From the NCBI RefSeq assembly GCF_006345805.1, contig NC_043001.1, positions 97,898,001-97,962,000 on the forward strand: a stretch of DNA of 64,000 bases, given 5' to 3'. The notes under the pieces are model-generated. The model had not been told where the DNA came from, made no database searches, and saw only the letters and a program-made list of their open reading frames with translations. The position numbers and the translations under genes are program-made. Numbering within the stretch: the first letter of the stretch is position 1; each line of letters begins with the position of its first letter. This document shows, piece after piece, positions 1 through 12,882 of this stretch. This DNA is from Octopus sinensis. Taxonomy: Eukaryota.

Positions 1-365
1 ACATGACAGATCATACATTTATTTTATCTAGTATATTTTAGGAGTAGTTTATTTCTACGTATGTTGCCTTAAACTATTCAATTTCCCAACATTCCATGAC
101 CTTTAAAGAAGTTAATTTCTTTGAAGTCCATGGAAAATTGGTAATGTGAATCATCAATAAGAAATAATTGACTAATAAAAAAAATAAATAAATGTCATTT
201 ATTAATGTTGGAAAATTTGAATAAGTTCGCATGCCGTAAGGAGACGAGGTAACTGACATTTTAGTAATACCCTTTCTCGAGGAGAAAAAGGTTTCTCTTG
301 TCAAATTTTTTAAACGTTCAGAGTTCTACGTAGTTATAGTTCTAAGTATATTCACATTTTGTGGG

Positions 366-600
<235 letters not shown>

Positions 601-844
601 GTTGATGTCGATACTGATGTTATACTCACTGTTGTCTTCTTTGTGCTGGCCCAAATAAACAGTAATGAAGTAGAATAATGAAACACAGTTAGTCGACAGA
701 TCTGTTTAAAAGTGGATTCACTTAGTCACCAGCATAGATTATTGACTCACCTTTATAGATTATGTATTAAACTGTTTAACATTTCTAGTCACTAATTTCA
801 TTTTGGGTTAATCCGTACAAATAGATTTGCGTGTTTCCATTAAG

Positions 845-1105
845 TATTCGTGGTCTGGTCAATAATAATCCGGACTATTGTCATTCTAACCAAGCTAAAG
901 CACACAAAATAAAGTCGTTGTTTGGCACAAATTGACCTTAACCACTGCTGTGCCTGTGCTGTAAGTTTTAACGTTCTAGCTTGCTTCCGCTATTTACAGC
1001 ACTGCTTGGAAGGGACATGTGTAGCGTGTGATCGTCGCATTGACTATGACAGATAAAGATGAGCAGAGAATATGCATCAAAAGCTTGGTGATACTTGCTC
1101 AGATG
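845..1105 (+). mobile_element. Mariner-like DNA transposon 5' fragment (TIR, leader, start of transposase)
   Basis: TIR-like tattcgtggtctggtcaataataatccggact; MTDKDEQRICIK resembles the mariner N-terminal EQRxCIKF motif. Confidence 0.6.
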
Positions 1106-1109
1106 TCAA

Positions 1110-1280
1110 CACAAAATTTTCGATATAGTTTTCAGCATTCTCGACACAGTCGAAGAGAACTTGTGCAACAGAAACCCGGGTGTCTTCTTGGTCAGCTGGA
1201 AGCAGTTTGGGCACAAACTTAGCAGACACACATCTCATACCCAAATCTTCAGTCATAAGTTTGCAAGGCAGTGTTAGACA
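1110..1280 (-). mobile_element. Mariner transposase internal fragment, inverted relative to the 5' piece
   Basis: Minus strand reads LMTEDLGMRCVSAKFVPKLLPADQEDTRVSVAQ, matching mariner ILTEDLGMRxVxAKFVPKLL. Confidence 0.7.
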
Positions 1281-1309
1281 TTGTTAATAGTGTCAATAAA
1301 AAACGCTAC

Positions 1310-1665
1310 GCTGGATCAGAGACATGGCAAGCCCAGCTGACAACAAGGTATGCGATAAGAAAGAAAGAAAAGTCGAGAGATATGATAGGTTAGGAAGTTA
1401 AGCAATTGTGGTCGGTGATAAAGGTAGCAGTAGTACCAATAATTGTCGGAGCCCTCGGAACAATGACAAAAAATCTCGGAACAAATAGTGGCTGCAGAAA
1501 GGGTGGAGCACTTGCAGAAAACAGCACTGCTTGGAACCGGTCGAATAATCCGGGAGGTGCTCGAAAAATAAGAGATGTTACCTTAGTTCACTGGTAGTGA
1601 ACAGCTGACACTGTAATACATTTCCAGCATTAGAAGCTGTGCAAAGGCAATATGAATAATAATAT
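1310..1665 (+). mobile_element. R4/Dong-clade non-LTR retrotransposon 3' fragment (REL endonuclease end, 3'UTR, AAT tail)
   Basis: Across frameshifts: DMASPADNKV..ERYDRL, LWSVIKVAVVPIIVGALGT, LQKTALLGTGRIIREVLEK*; ends in aataataat. Confidence 0.75.
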
Positions 1666-2020
1666 TACTTTGTTAGACAGTGTTAGTCCACGGGCTAAAT
1701 AATGTTATGTGCTCACATGAATACTTAAAATTTGATTGCTTAATACGAAGACATAAACAATATGGCGAAAAGCGTTATCCTAGAAATATGAAGCAGAAGT
1801 GACAATTACCCACATACTGGGATGTTTAACAGTCTATGTAAGTGCAAATTCAAAAATATCTATTCTCCTCGAACATGTACTTTAAAGATTTCTGTATTTG
1901 TTCTTCACGTGACAAAATGAAAAAAAAAATGATTATTGTTGTCGTACTATTATTGTTAATGTAACTGTTGCTCCTGTTAATAATGTTGTGGTTTTTGCTA
2001 ACGCTATTGGCGTTTTAGAC

Positions 2021-2160
2021 ACATACACACACATACATGCATACATACATGCATACATACATACATACATGCATACATACATACATACATACATACATAC
2101 ATACATACATACATACATACATACATACATACATACATACATACATACATACACATATGT
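2021..2160. repeat. (CATA)n microsatellite
   Basis: Directly visible. Confidence 0.95.
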
Positions 2161-2444
2161 ATGTGTGCGTGAGTGTATTCATTTTAGTCTTCTTTTCTTA
2201 GTTTATTTTTACATTTTAGGAACAAGTTTTAAATTATATCACATTCGTTCTGCAATTTCCCTCAAGATTTCATCATGAGATTGAATGATTTGTCAGACTT
2301 TTTCACAAAAAGAACCAGCAATACTGACATGGTAGCCAAGTTAGAAATAGAAATAGTATCGAATTAGGAGAAAATTCAAATACGATGAAATTACTACTGA
2401 CGGCATTTTGGTGAACGTTAAAGGAAAAATATTATTATCATAAC

Positions 2445-2532
2445 TGAGAGAGCAGTGCATGCAATCAAAGTGCCACTGGGGTAAAATATACGAAGCCCAG
2501 TATACACATCATCACTATCCGTCTGATAAGGG
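2445..2532 (-). mobile_element. Fragment of the TAA-flanked non-coding element seen in full at 58826-59383
   Basis: tgagagagcagtgcatgcaatcaaagtgccactggggtaaaatatacgaagcccagtata matches 58828-58890; preceded by attattatc. Confidence 0.8.
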
Positions 2533-2699
2533 AAGGATGCGAATTGGAAGGGGCAAGGAATAGTTATAGTTCAATGATACTGACTGAAGTAATTTAGTAG
2601 CTTGAATTGGAAACTGAGGGACAAACTTCAGGATTAGCTCAATGGAGATGACATGCATAAGTCGATAACTAGAACCGTACTCATTATGAAAGGAAAAAA

Positions 2700-3620
2700 A
2701 AAACAGAAGTGATATAGCTAGTAATTATTTACCAATCATTTGCTTCCTGTAGGTATGAAAGCTGCTAACAGTAATGTTCTCGCTCTCAGAAAGCATTTAT
2801 TAGCGCATTGATAGTCAGAAGAGTTGCAGGAAGACGTCTAGAAGAATGTACTGTTTGTTCGACAGTTATCCAATCAGAAATCTTTTCATTTGCGCTCATC
2901 GGTGCATTGTAGTTCTGCTATTCTTTCATTGCACCGCGTCAGCTTCTTTATCTAATAATCCTGAACCATCATGTCTGGATGTTTCCCAATTGCTCATCCT
3001 CCTAACTGTCGTACTAATTTCCTTCTTCAATTTCATTTTTTTTCTTTTCCGGACAACAAACAGACTTCTTCAACTTTTGTAGTCACTTATCCTTAGTATT
3101 ATGTTGCTCCAAGTACATAGTGTATGCAAAATATACTCGATTTTATGATTCTGTTATAAAGTTTGGTGTGAGTTTTACCTACTTCTTGATAAAGTGGCTT
3201 CTGAATAATTTCGAATAATCTATTTTAACTGAATAGCTCCGTTCTTTGAACATACCTTGTTGTTTTCTCCTTTCTGCCAAAATGCCCTCTTTTGGTTTTT
3301 CAATTACAGTATTCAGCACTTTTGTATCAGTATCATATGTTTCTTTAGCTTGTCATTTGTAGTGATTCCTAAACGCATATCTACTCCTTCTGTTCGATAT
3401 CGATAAATGACCAACAAACTTACCAATATCTTTTAATATTCTGTTTTACCATCATGTGTTTTGTTTTGCGTATTTCTCGCAGCGTTTCTTCTGTCAGTGA
3501 CAATATGCCCATGTTTTCTCCAACTACACTACGAGCTGATTTGTAAAACCTATCGGTTTTCGTAACGTTGTTTGTTCTTATGTGCTCCCAAATTTTGTTA
3601 ACTGTCGTTTCTTCTTTTTT
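2700..3620 (-). mobile_element. Highly degenerate R4/Dong-like ORF (pre-RT region and start of RT)
   Basis: Minus-strand remnants across many stops and frameshifts, e.g. RRMSNWETSRHDG and IKKLTRCNERIAELQC, resembling SNWKAPGxDG..WIKKLT..HERIA. Confidence 0.55.
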
Positions 3621-3644
3621 CGTCTTCTTCTTCTTCTGATTATT

Positions 3645-4135
3645 ATTATCATTATTATTATTTTTTCATTAGGATTTTTCAATTCCGTTCCCATTTCTTG
3701 TGGAGAATCTTCCTGACATCTAGAACAGAGAAACTGTATACATTAGTAGGCCATTAAAACAAGCACACCAGATTGTTCATTTACAGAGTCCGGTAACAAA
3801 GAAGAAGGGGAAAAACAGAGAGAAAAAGAGGATAACTGAAAGAAAAAGGAAAAAAATTAAAAATAGATAATAAAGGGGGAAAGGAAAGAAAATTTACAAC
3901 GACAAATTTCTTCTCAATATGTGTGACGTACCAGTTAAAAAAATCTTTTGCAATTCCTGCATGGAGGGTGAGCCAGGGATCATTCGTAAATAATTTTCAG
4001 TTCTTTTTTTGATCATTCCAAGTGCTCCCACAATCACTGGTATTAGAACCATCTTGAGATGCCACATCTTTTCGATTTGGAGTAACAGACTTTATATTTT
4101 CTGAGCTTATCAAATTCTTTTGCTGAGATTTTATG
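3645..4135 (-). mobile_element. R4/Dong-like 3' fragment, same family as 59390-60490
   Basis: 3990-4130 aligns by eye to 59640-59810; 3660-3780 aligns to the 3'UTR at 59390-59510; ends in (TAA)n. Confidence 0.75.
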
Positions 4136-4177
4136 GTAACACTCACACGCACAAACACACACACACACATATATGGG

Positions 4178-4386
4178 TATATTAGAAGAAATAAGGTACT
4201 CAGAAATCTGGATGGTTTTATATTTACAGATGTTTATTAATATGTCACAGGTTTTTATAAATCATATATTAGCGCTTGGTTCTACTCTAGTAGACTCTTC
4301 AGATTTATAAAAACCTGTGCATATTAATAAAAATCTGTAGATATAAAACCATCCAGATATCTGAGTACCTTATTTCTTCTAATATA
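4178..4386 (-). mobile_element. Fold-back element with ~85-bp inverted arms and a hammerhead-like apex
   Basis: Arms 4178-4263 and 4302-4386 are reverse complements with a few mismatches; minus-strand apex reads CTGAAGA-GTCTAC-TAGA-GTAGAA-CCA-AGCGCT-A. Confidence 0.8.
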
Positions 4387-4519
4387 TAATACCTGTAAAA
4401 TCACCTCCAAATCTTCTACTATATGAGTATATAAATATGTGTGTGTATGCTCATGTTAATAGACTTTATTGTTTTCGTTTTTCACAACAATAGCATCATC
4501 ATCATCAGTAGTAGTAGTA

Positions 4520-5300
4520 GTAGCAGTAGTAGTAATAGTCCTGTGCCTATTATAGAAAGGATTTTTATCATTCTTTTAACTGGGTTTTTGTTTGATCTCC
4601 TGGAGTCCTGCATGAGTTGCCTGCTTGCTCCCTCCAGCCAACGGTACCGCGTTATTTGTTCTCTTCAACTATGTAAAATATTCTTGATGATTCTGGCTGT
4701 ACCAAGGAAGCAAACATTTTGCAACGTATTTTAGTAGGTTTTTACCCCTGAATATTTTCTAGTTCTGTATGATCTACTCGAACATCTAAGACATTGCAAT
4801 ATCTATGATCTTGGTTTCATTCATAATTTTACCAACTACAACACTCAGTCACACGGAACTGCAAAAACTCACAAGATTTTACATACATTATTTTCGTTGA
4901 CACCTTTATTTCTTATGTTCACCGTTTCAATATCCTTTCAAGGCCGTACTTCCCGCCCAATCTCCAATAAACACAGCTTGCTTCGTCATCATGCCCCTTT
5001 TATATTCCTTTTCTGCCAATTTGCTACACTCATTCACAATATTTTATGTTTCATGCCACACACCTTACAAAAGGGCGATTCAATACTCTGGTGTAGTCAG
5101 TTCTCAAAGCTTTTTCCTGAGCGATACAAGTCAATGAATCAGTATATCCTTTCGGATAAGATTTCCTTAGCAACATCCTTTCGTTAGACTTGTCTTTCCC
5201 TATTCTATTTCTCTTAGTTACTGCCCTTGCATTGCTTTCACATTCCCGTTGCTCAGTCATCTTGTTTCTTATATTTATTTTTACTAGTGTCACAATTTAC
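4520..5300 (-). mobile_element. R4/Dong-like 3' fragment, second family (CCHC knuckle and REL endonuclease)
   Basis: Minus strand across frameshifts: IAQEKALRTDY, PFCKVCGMKH..NECSKLAEKEYK.HD, NNVCKIL, KIIDIAM, TLQNVCFLGTARIIKNILHS*. Confidence 0.75.
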
Positions 5301-7089
5301 AAGTTATTGTGTTCATATTTCCAACAGCAACAAACAAAGTTATGCTGTTTAACTGTTCTCAAATTCATTACACCAGTACTTTAGTTACCAAACACAAGAA
5401 AACCTACTGCATCTGTAGAAAAAAGCGTCATGTTTTCTTATATAGTCGTATGTAAATTTATCTTTGCTTCAGTTAAACAGATATAATTGATCGTGCTACA
5501 ATGGTCAGACATCCTGCATTTGAATGTGATGGAAATAGTAGTTATGAAGCAAGCACTGCAAAAAGCAAGCGATGGACAGTTCAAAATAACTAGGTTAAAC
5601 AAATCAAGAAAAAAAGATAAACAGACTTGAAGGGAAAAGAGTTAGAAAAAATGTTTTAGTGTTTATTTAATAGGAATGGTTTTTCTTTGAAGTAAAATGT
5701 TGAAAACATTTCTAGTGCGTACTTTCGGTCTTCAGATTTGAATCTGTGTTTGAGCACATTCAATTTGCTAGTAAATTACTTCTTTCGTTATTTGGCCGGA
5801 TGCCTGAGTAACTTGTTCTGACGGATATATGTAGGTATTCACCCCTATTTTTTAAATTATTAGTTTCATTTAAGTTCTCACATGGCTTTTGCAGCTGCCA
5901 CAATGAAGACATAAATGGAAAACAACTGTAATACTAGATTGTTTACTAGATTGTTCACTGTTAAACTAGATTGTTATACTAGAGGTTCACACTCAAAGTT
6001 CATTACTTGGTGGGGAAATTATGTAGAAACCGATGAATACTGTGAAAGTACAAATAAAATGCAAAAAGCAGCTTTCATATATTAATGCGTGTGCAAATTA
6101 TTTCGGAAAATATTGTTCCAGCAGGTTTCTTCTTATAGAATCCTAGAGACGTGTAACGCGTACGCTTAAAAAGGTCTACTCGAAATCGCCTTGTTTTGTG
6201 AGATTGAAAATATTATAACCTTTACTTGTTTCCTCGTCCTAATGTGATTCGAACTGGAAAGGTCATAATATCGTATTGTGATTTAAATGCATGCGTTCAC
6301 AAACTACTTCTGGCAATGTTATTTTTCTTTTTTTTAAATCAGTTTCACTTAAGTTTCTTATATATTCCTGGCCTTGATAACATTCTCTGTAACACTTTTT
6401 TTTCTGTTAGTATTACCACCGGTGTCTACATTAGCATTTACATCTACTCCGTGTAAAATTCGTTATTACTGTACATATAGGGGTTCATTAGTGTTACCCA
6501 AATATAAGAGGTTTTCTATTTCCTTTACAATACTCCGAAGAAAGAAGTTGGATTCCACTGTTATGAGAATTGTTTTAGGTATTTTTTTATCAAATTGTCA
6601 CCAACGCCAACGTAACCAATACAAAACATTTTCACATTAAAGCACATATACATTACCATAAAAAAATATTTCCATTTCAAAATAGTGGAGTATTGAGATA
6701 ATTAATTATATTGTTCATGCTTTGTATAAAGTAAAGGAAATGAAATAAAAATAATAATATACTTTCTTTGGGCAAAACAAATTCTGTAACGAGTAAACAA
6801 GGGACTATTTAATTCAGGGATTAATAACGATGATGAAAATATAATTACATTATATAATGATTTGAAAAAAATTACTATGTAATTATAATGATTCTTTTCA
6901 TCTTACTTTTCATTATTTTAATATAATACAAAATATTGTGCCTGTAAATATATTAATCTGATTATATAGCTTAATTGTGGTTAATACTTTAGGGAATGAA
7001 GATCAATCAATACAGATATACCTAGCAATTCAATAGTCATAGTTTTAGATATCATTTATGCCTATGTGCCCTGTTCATGCAAAGACACA

Positions 7090-7112
7090 CACGCATAAGT
7101 ATATATTTATAC

Positions 7113-7146
<34 letters not shown>

Positions 7147-7301
7147 ATATATGTGTGTGTGTATGTATGCATATATGTATATACATACATATATATGTTT
7201 ATATATATATATGTGTGTGTATATATATATATATACATATATTATATACGTATCTATTTACTAATTGATAGCTTTTGTTCCCTTTAACTATCTGAAGTTC
7301 T

Positions 7302-7349
<48 letters not shown>

Positions 7350-7426
7350 TATATATAATATATATATATATATTATATATATATATGCACATATATATAT
7401 ACATTTACATAAGTGTATATATACAC

Positions 7427-7495
<69 letters not shown>

Positions 7496-7552
7496 CATTA
7501 TATATGTATAAATACATATAGAAACTTACAAATATATATATATATATATATA
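7090..7552. repeat. (TA)n-dominated microsatellite field
   Basis: Directly visible. Confidence 0.9.
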
Positions 7553-7623
7553 TTTTTATTTTTCGAATTTCAGCCCAGAGCTGCGGCCATGCTGATGCAC
7601 CGCCGTTTTGTGCTACACTGTTA

Positions 7624-8718
7624 TTACGACGAATTTCGTCTAATATGTGGCACTTGGTGAAGAATGGAGTTTGATATAGCTACTCTCATTTGCACGTCTT
7701 GCCGTGAGGTAGGTTCATCTGGGACTCTTGACAGGAAGATGTCCAGCTTTGATTTAAAAACCGCTACATCTACTTTGTGCAAGTTCGTCAGACTCTTTGG
7801 GAGAATATTAAAAAGCTGTGGGCCCTTGAAACCCAGGCTGTTGCAGAAGCTGGTCCTGAAGCGTGATGGCATTGCTGGGATCTTTGGCACTATGTAGTGT
7901 CGTCCCGTTCTAGCATTGGCGTAGCTTACAATGCCAAAATTTGGCACAATTCCTTCCAGGATCTTCCAGACATATATTACTGCATACCTCTCCCGTCTTC
8001 TCTCCAGGGAGTAGAGTCTTAGCTGTTTCAACCTTTCCCAGTAGCTGAGCTGTTGCAAAGAGACGATGTTCTTTGTGAATCTTCTCTGGATTGCTTCAAG
8101 GTCCGCTGTTAATTTTACTCTGGTGGGTGACCATAGTTGTGAGCAGTAATCCAGGCGACTGAGGGCGAATGTCCGCCAGAGGACCATCATGGTTTCCTTA
8201 TCTCTGGTTCTGAATGTTCTTAGGATCCACCCAGCCAGTCGTCTGCACTTTGTCGCCATCCTGGTAATGTGCACTTGGAAAGAGGTATCATCACTCATGT
8301 CGATACTCAGGTACCTCACAGTCTTAGGCTCTGGGATTGAAATTCCCTGTGGACCGGTGTATCCTGTAAGTTTAATATTCAGTTTTGGATGCTGGTAGCG
8401 CAGGGCCTGGAAGTTTTCAGCATTAAACTGCATATTATTATCCTCAGCCCATCTGTAGATTGAGTCCAACTCCTGCTGCAGGTGTGCAACATCGCTGAGG
8501 TTCTGTATTTTCTGCGAGACTTTCGTATCGTCTGCATAGCTGGCCAGAGTGGCTATCCGGGCATTTGAGGGCATATCTGAGAGGGCCACTATAAAAAGCA
8601 GTGGTCCCAAGACAGTGCCCCGTGGAACACCGCTCACTATTTGTGTGTTCATAGAGGTGGCTCCATTAACCACTACTGCCTGACTCCTATCTTTCAGGAA
8701 GTCATGCAACCACACCAA
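7624..8718 (-). pseudogene. LINE ORF2 C-terminal piece (RT domains 4-7 and C-terminus)
   Basis: ORF track: SGVPRGTVLGPLLF, YADDTK, LDYCSQLWSP, YSLERRRERY. Confidence 0.9.
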
Positions 8719-8913
8719 GTTTTCTAGCTATGCCGAGGTCACGTAGTTTGTAGCATATCATACCATGATCCACCTTGTCAAAAGCTTTTGCAAAATCAAG
8801 GTAGATTACGTCCACATTTGATTTGTTGAGTAACTGCCACAACACCCACTCATAATGCGGTAAGAGCTGGGTCAGGCAGCTCCTACCTGGTCGAAAACCA
8901 TGCTGGGTATCTC

Positions 8914-9960
8914 TCAGCAAGTTATATTTTCCTCAAGGAATGCGATTAGTTTCTTTCTGACTATCCGTTCCATGACTTTGCTGATGTGTGAAGTCAGAGA
9001 CATAGGCCTATAGTTTTTGGCATCTGCTCTACTTCCCCCTTTATGTATTGGGCATATTATTCCCTCCTTCAGCTTGCTTGGCAGTTTGCCATTCGCAAGA
9101 AAGCTCTGGAAGAGAATCTTGAGGGGTTTTGCCAGGGCATGCTTACACGCTTTGAGGAGGATGGCTGGGAAACCATCTGGACCAGCAGCTGAGTTTGTGT
9201 CCACTTCATCTATGGCTAGTAGGACATCTTTTTCGCTAATGTCAATACATTCTATTATAACCGCCTCGCTGGTTATAGGTAAGGCGGAAAATAAGTCCAC
9301 TGGTTCGTTCACTTGTCTGTGTTCCAACGGGGTGGTAAAGACACTTTTGAACTGGTCATTCAGCATCTCACTGATCATAGTTGGACTGTCTGTGAGGGAG
9401 CCATCCATTTGGAGGAGGGGTCCTATCTTGTAGTGCACTGAGACTGTTTCTTTTGCGTAATGAAAGAAGGCCTTTGGGTTTGATTTAATGTTTTTTATAA
9501 CCCAGGCTTCTTTGTCTGCTTTCTCCTTCACATAGGATTGTTGCAGCCTTTTTTCGATCTCCATCAGTGTTGTTTTTAGGCGGGGCGTTTCGCTACTTTT
9601 GGGATGTTGTTTGAGACGATTTGCAACCTTCGTCCGTCGTCTCATGAGGATCTTCCTGTCTCTTGGAATCTTGCTCCTATTTGTTTTGGCCTTGTGCTCC
9701 GGGAAATATTTCTGGCATACGGCTTGCACAGAAGACATGAAACATTCTAGTTTCATGTCAATATCTGGTGTGGAGAGACATTCCGGCCAGTCCTCTCTGA
9801 GGATCTCTTTTTGGATCGATTTCCAATCTGCTTTGTGGAAGTTCAGATTGGAGAGATTTCGGGTGCTTCCTTTAGGCTGTATGTCTCTGGTTACTTTCGG
9901 CCCAAACATAGACAGCTCTATTATGTTGTGATCCGAAACTGATGTCGGTGTCACTTTCAC
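8914..9960 (-). pseudogene. LINE ORF2 middle piece (end of EN, linker, start of RT)
   Basis: ORF track: SDHNIIEL, NFHKADW, KSNPKAFF, AAGPDGFP, NYRPMSLTS. Confidence 0.9.
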
Positions 9961-11089
9961 ATCATGAAGATGTCCATATTGTTCGTGAAGCAGAGATCCA
10001 GAATGTTATTAGCCCTAGTTGGCTTGAGTACAACTTGCTCCATGAATAAGGCATTGGTGAGGTTGGCAGGACTCCACCTGTTTGCTTGCAATGATCCATT
10101 CCTGAGAGTATGTGACCTTCGGGCCATTGACGTTGGGTAAGTTGAAATCACCCATAAGAAATATGGTCACGTGGTGTTCCAGATTCATGAGGATTTCTTT
10201 ATTTCTTGTGAGGCAATCTTCAAACTTGCCTATGTGATTTGGGGCATCCGGTGGGCAATATGTATTGCATATGACTACATTATGTTGTCTTATGTATACA
10301 ATTAATGTGTCACATACCGAATTTGAGTATGTCATCAAGACCTGGAGTGTGAGGTCATCTCGGATGTATACAGCAACTCCACCATGGCTCATTTCTCTTC
10401 TGTCTGTTCGCAGTATGGCATAGTTTGATATGTGTACTTCTGCGTCCTCTATATCAGGGTTGAGGTGAGTTTCCACAAGTGCTATGCATAGGGCTTGATT
10501 GCATATATATTGATTTATATACGTAGTGTGTGTGAGTGTTGATATGTATAAATGTATATATACATGTTTAATATGGGGAGGTATGCGCATCTTCACATAT
10601 ATATATTTTCTTCTACCGCCAAGCACTGGTCTGTCCAACCAACCTAACCTATATTCCCAAATTCTTCCTTCCACCACTTTAATACCCCTACCCACCTCTC
10701 TCTGTCCCTCATTTAGCCTCTATCACTACATACCTGACACTCCTTTACTCTTTACACCATTATACCTCTCTCTCTATCACACATCACCCCCCCCCCCATT
10801 CATTCTATCTGACACTCCTTTACTCTTTATCCTATCATCTTTTTACACTCTCATAAATTTCTCTCTCTATCACCGTTACCTCACCATTCCTACTATCAAT
10901 TTATCTTGACTGACCACTAACCACTTCACTTCCCTCTCTTCATCTCTTTCTTATCTCTCTCCCCGCTTTCCTTCTTTTTTTCTTTTTTCTTTTTACCTTT
11001 TTCCTGTTTTCCTATTTTCTTTAATCTTATATTTATTCCTCTCTTTCCCTTTTCGATTTAACTTTACAAATGCATTCCCTACCTTTAGG

Positions 11090-11455
11090 TCACTTTAAAG
11101 AAAACCCTCCACTATACAAACAATATACAAACTCTATTCTTCTATAATTGGAATCACTAAGTTTCAATACTATAGGAACTTACTCACAAGGTATTGGAAT
11201 GTATACCATTCTGCCTAAAAAACGGATCTACGGACGCAATATCCCTGCATATCTCACGTCTATTTTCATTCCTCCACTTCACTCTCTATTTCTTATCTAA
11301 ATTAACTATTGCTTAACTCTTTTCTCACACCGTCTCCGATCAAGAGATATGTAAAATATCCCGAAAACAGCTGTAAGACCTTCGATTTATAAATGTACTA
11401 TAATCATCAACAATCTTGGATTTTCACTTCATTCTGAAAATTCATAATAATATAT
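11090..11455 (+). mobile_element. Penelope-like element terminal (pLTR-like) relic with a degenerate minimal hammerhead
   Basis: GTCT-CCGATCA-A-GAGATAT-GTAAA-ATATCCC-GAAA-ACAGCTGT-A-AGAC at 11332-11379; ends at a TA-rich site. The left boundary is a guess. Confidence 0.5.
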
Positions 11456-11459
11456 AGTA

Positions 11460-11615
11460 GGTGTGGGAGTGGCTGTGTGTGTAAATAGATTGCTTACGAA
11501 CCACATGGTTCTGGGTTCATCCCACTGCTTGTCACATTGGACAAGTGTTTCTATTATAGCCTCGGAGCGACCAAAGCCTTTAGATGGAAACTGAACGAAG
11601 CCCGTCGTATATATG

Positions 11616-11647
<32 letters not shown>

Positions 11648-11950
11648 GGATATGTGTATGTATGTATATATATATATATATATAATATATATATATATGT
11701 ATGTATGTATGTATGTATATATGTATGTATGTATGTGTGTATATGTTTGTGTGTCTGTGTTTGTCCCACCACCATCGCTTGACAACTGATGCTGGTGTGT
11801 TTACATCCCCATAACCTAGCGGTTCGGCGAAAGAGACCGATAGAATAAGTACTAGGCTTACAAAGAATAAGTCCTGGGGTCGATTTGCTCGACTTAAAGG
11901 GGGTGTTCCAGCATGGCCACAGTCAAATGACTGAAACAAATAAAAGATTA
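11460..11950 (+). mobile_element. SINE family B (tRNA-like head, CORE-like segment, internal TA/TG microsatellite, CR1-like 3' hairpin)
   Basis: A/B-box-like gtggctgtgtg..ggttctgggttcat; 3' cagcatggccacagtcaaatgactgaaac; multicopy in the window. Confidence 0.9.
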
Positions 11951-12882
11951 AAAGAATATATATATACACACACATATACATATATTGTGTATATACATAT
12001 ATTGTGTGTATACATATATTGTGTGTCTCTCTGACACGCTTATACACATACACATATATAATTTACAATTCAGTCAGCGTGTGGGTGTTTCAAAATACGT
12101 TAGAATACAACACTAAATTTGATGCATAACTTTACTGCCATATGAATACAATGTTAATAACAATAATTTAATTAAGTCGAATGTCAAAGCATACGCAATA
12201 TAATATATATCGTATATTTCTGCGTCACATACGTGTTTCTTGAAGATGTATGTAATACGCAAGCAAAATCTTCAGCCTCAAGTTATATCAAATATTTTCA
12301 AAGTTAACTGTATTATATGTTGCCGTATTACAGGATATATGAACCACGAATTGTAAATATTAACTTGAAATGTCTCAGAATCCAAATCTTTCCCCCTATG
12401 GCGTAGAATATCATCTAAACTAAAGTGCATCAGTAGGTATAAATCTAAATTACACTTGGAGCAATAGTTATAAATATGTACACCAAATAAATTATGAATG
12501 TATTTTAATACAGATTCTAGAAGAGAGCTGCATAAGCTAATATCTAGAACGTCATGAAGTAATAAAGAGGTTTACTGAATAATACTGTCTGTAAGCATAT
12601 CTTCAAAATTAAACTCATAGTGTATAACCGAGATATGTTTAAGTTTCTGGTAGAGAGACGTATTAATAAATCATATGGATTATATATTATTCAGTGGCAA
12701 CACGACTATTCGAAACGATAGGACTCTCACTACTACGATACGTCTGAACATAATTATGCTTGGGAGATAATGAATGCTTTGATACCAAAATGGTGATAAC
12801 AACACAAACAAAAACCGCTTGTTTACTGCAACAATAGACATTAAGATGCATAACAAACATCATTTCTTAGTATATCAGTTCA

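Larger units (their letters stand above)
7553..10505 (-). mobile_element. CR1/L2-group LINE, 5'-truncated, ORF2 (APE endonuclease + RT) broken by at least four frameshifts
   Basis: EN motifs ETHL, HGGVAVY, MGDFNLP, PTRANNILDL, SDHN; RT motifs GPDGFP, NYRPMSLTSHISKVMER, QHGFRPGRSC, YLDFAKAFDKVDH, GVPRGTVLGP, YADD; short 3'UTR with hairpin and A-rich tail. Confidence 0.95.

Noticed and set aside
605-720. Minus-strand donor gtgagt at about 625 with a possible 16- or 72-nt exon
   Set aside because: It cannot be joined to a convincing neighbouring exon, and the translation is unrecognisable.
6374-6640. 88-aa ORF with a signal-peptide-like N-terminus
   Set aside because: It has an alternative start codon, its hydrophobicity is explained by T-rich DNA, and there is no recognisable domain.
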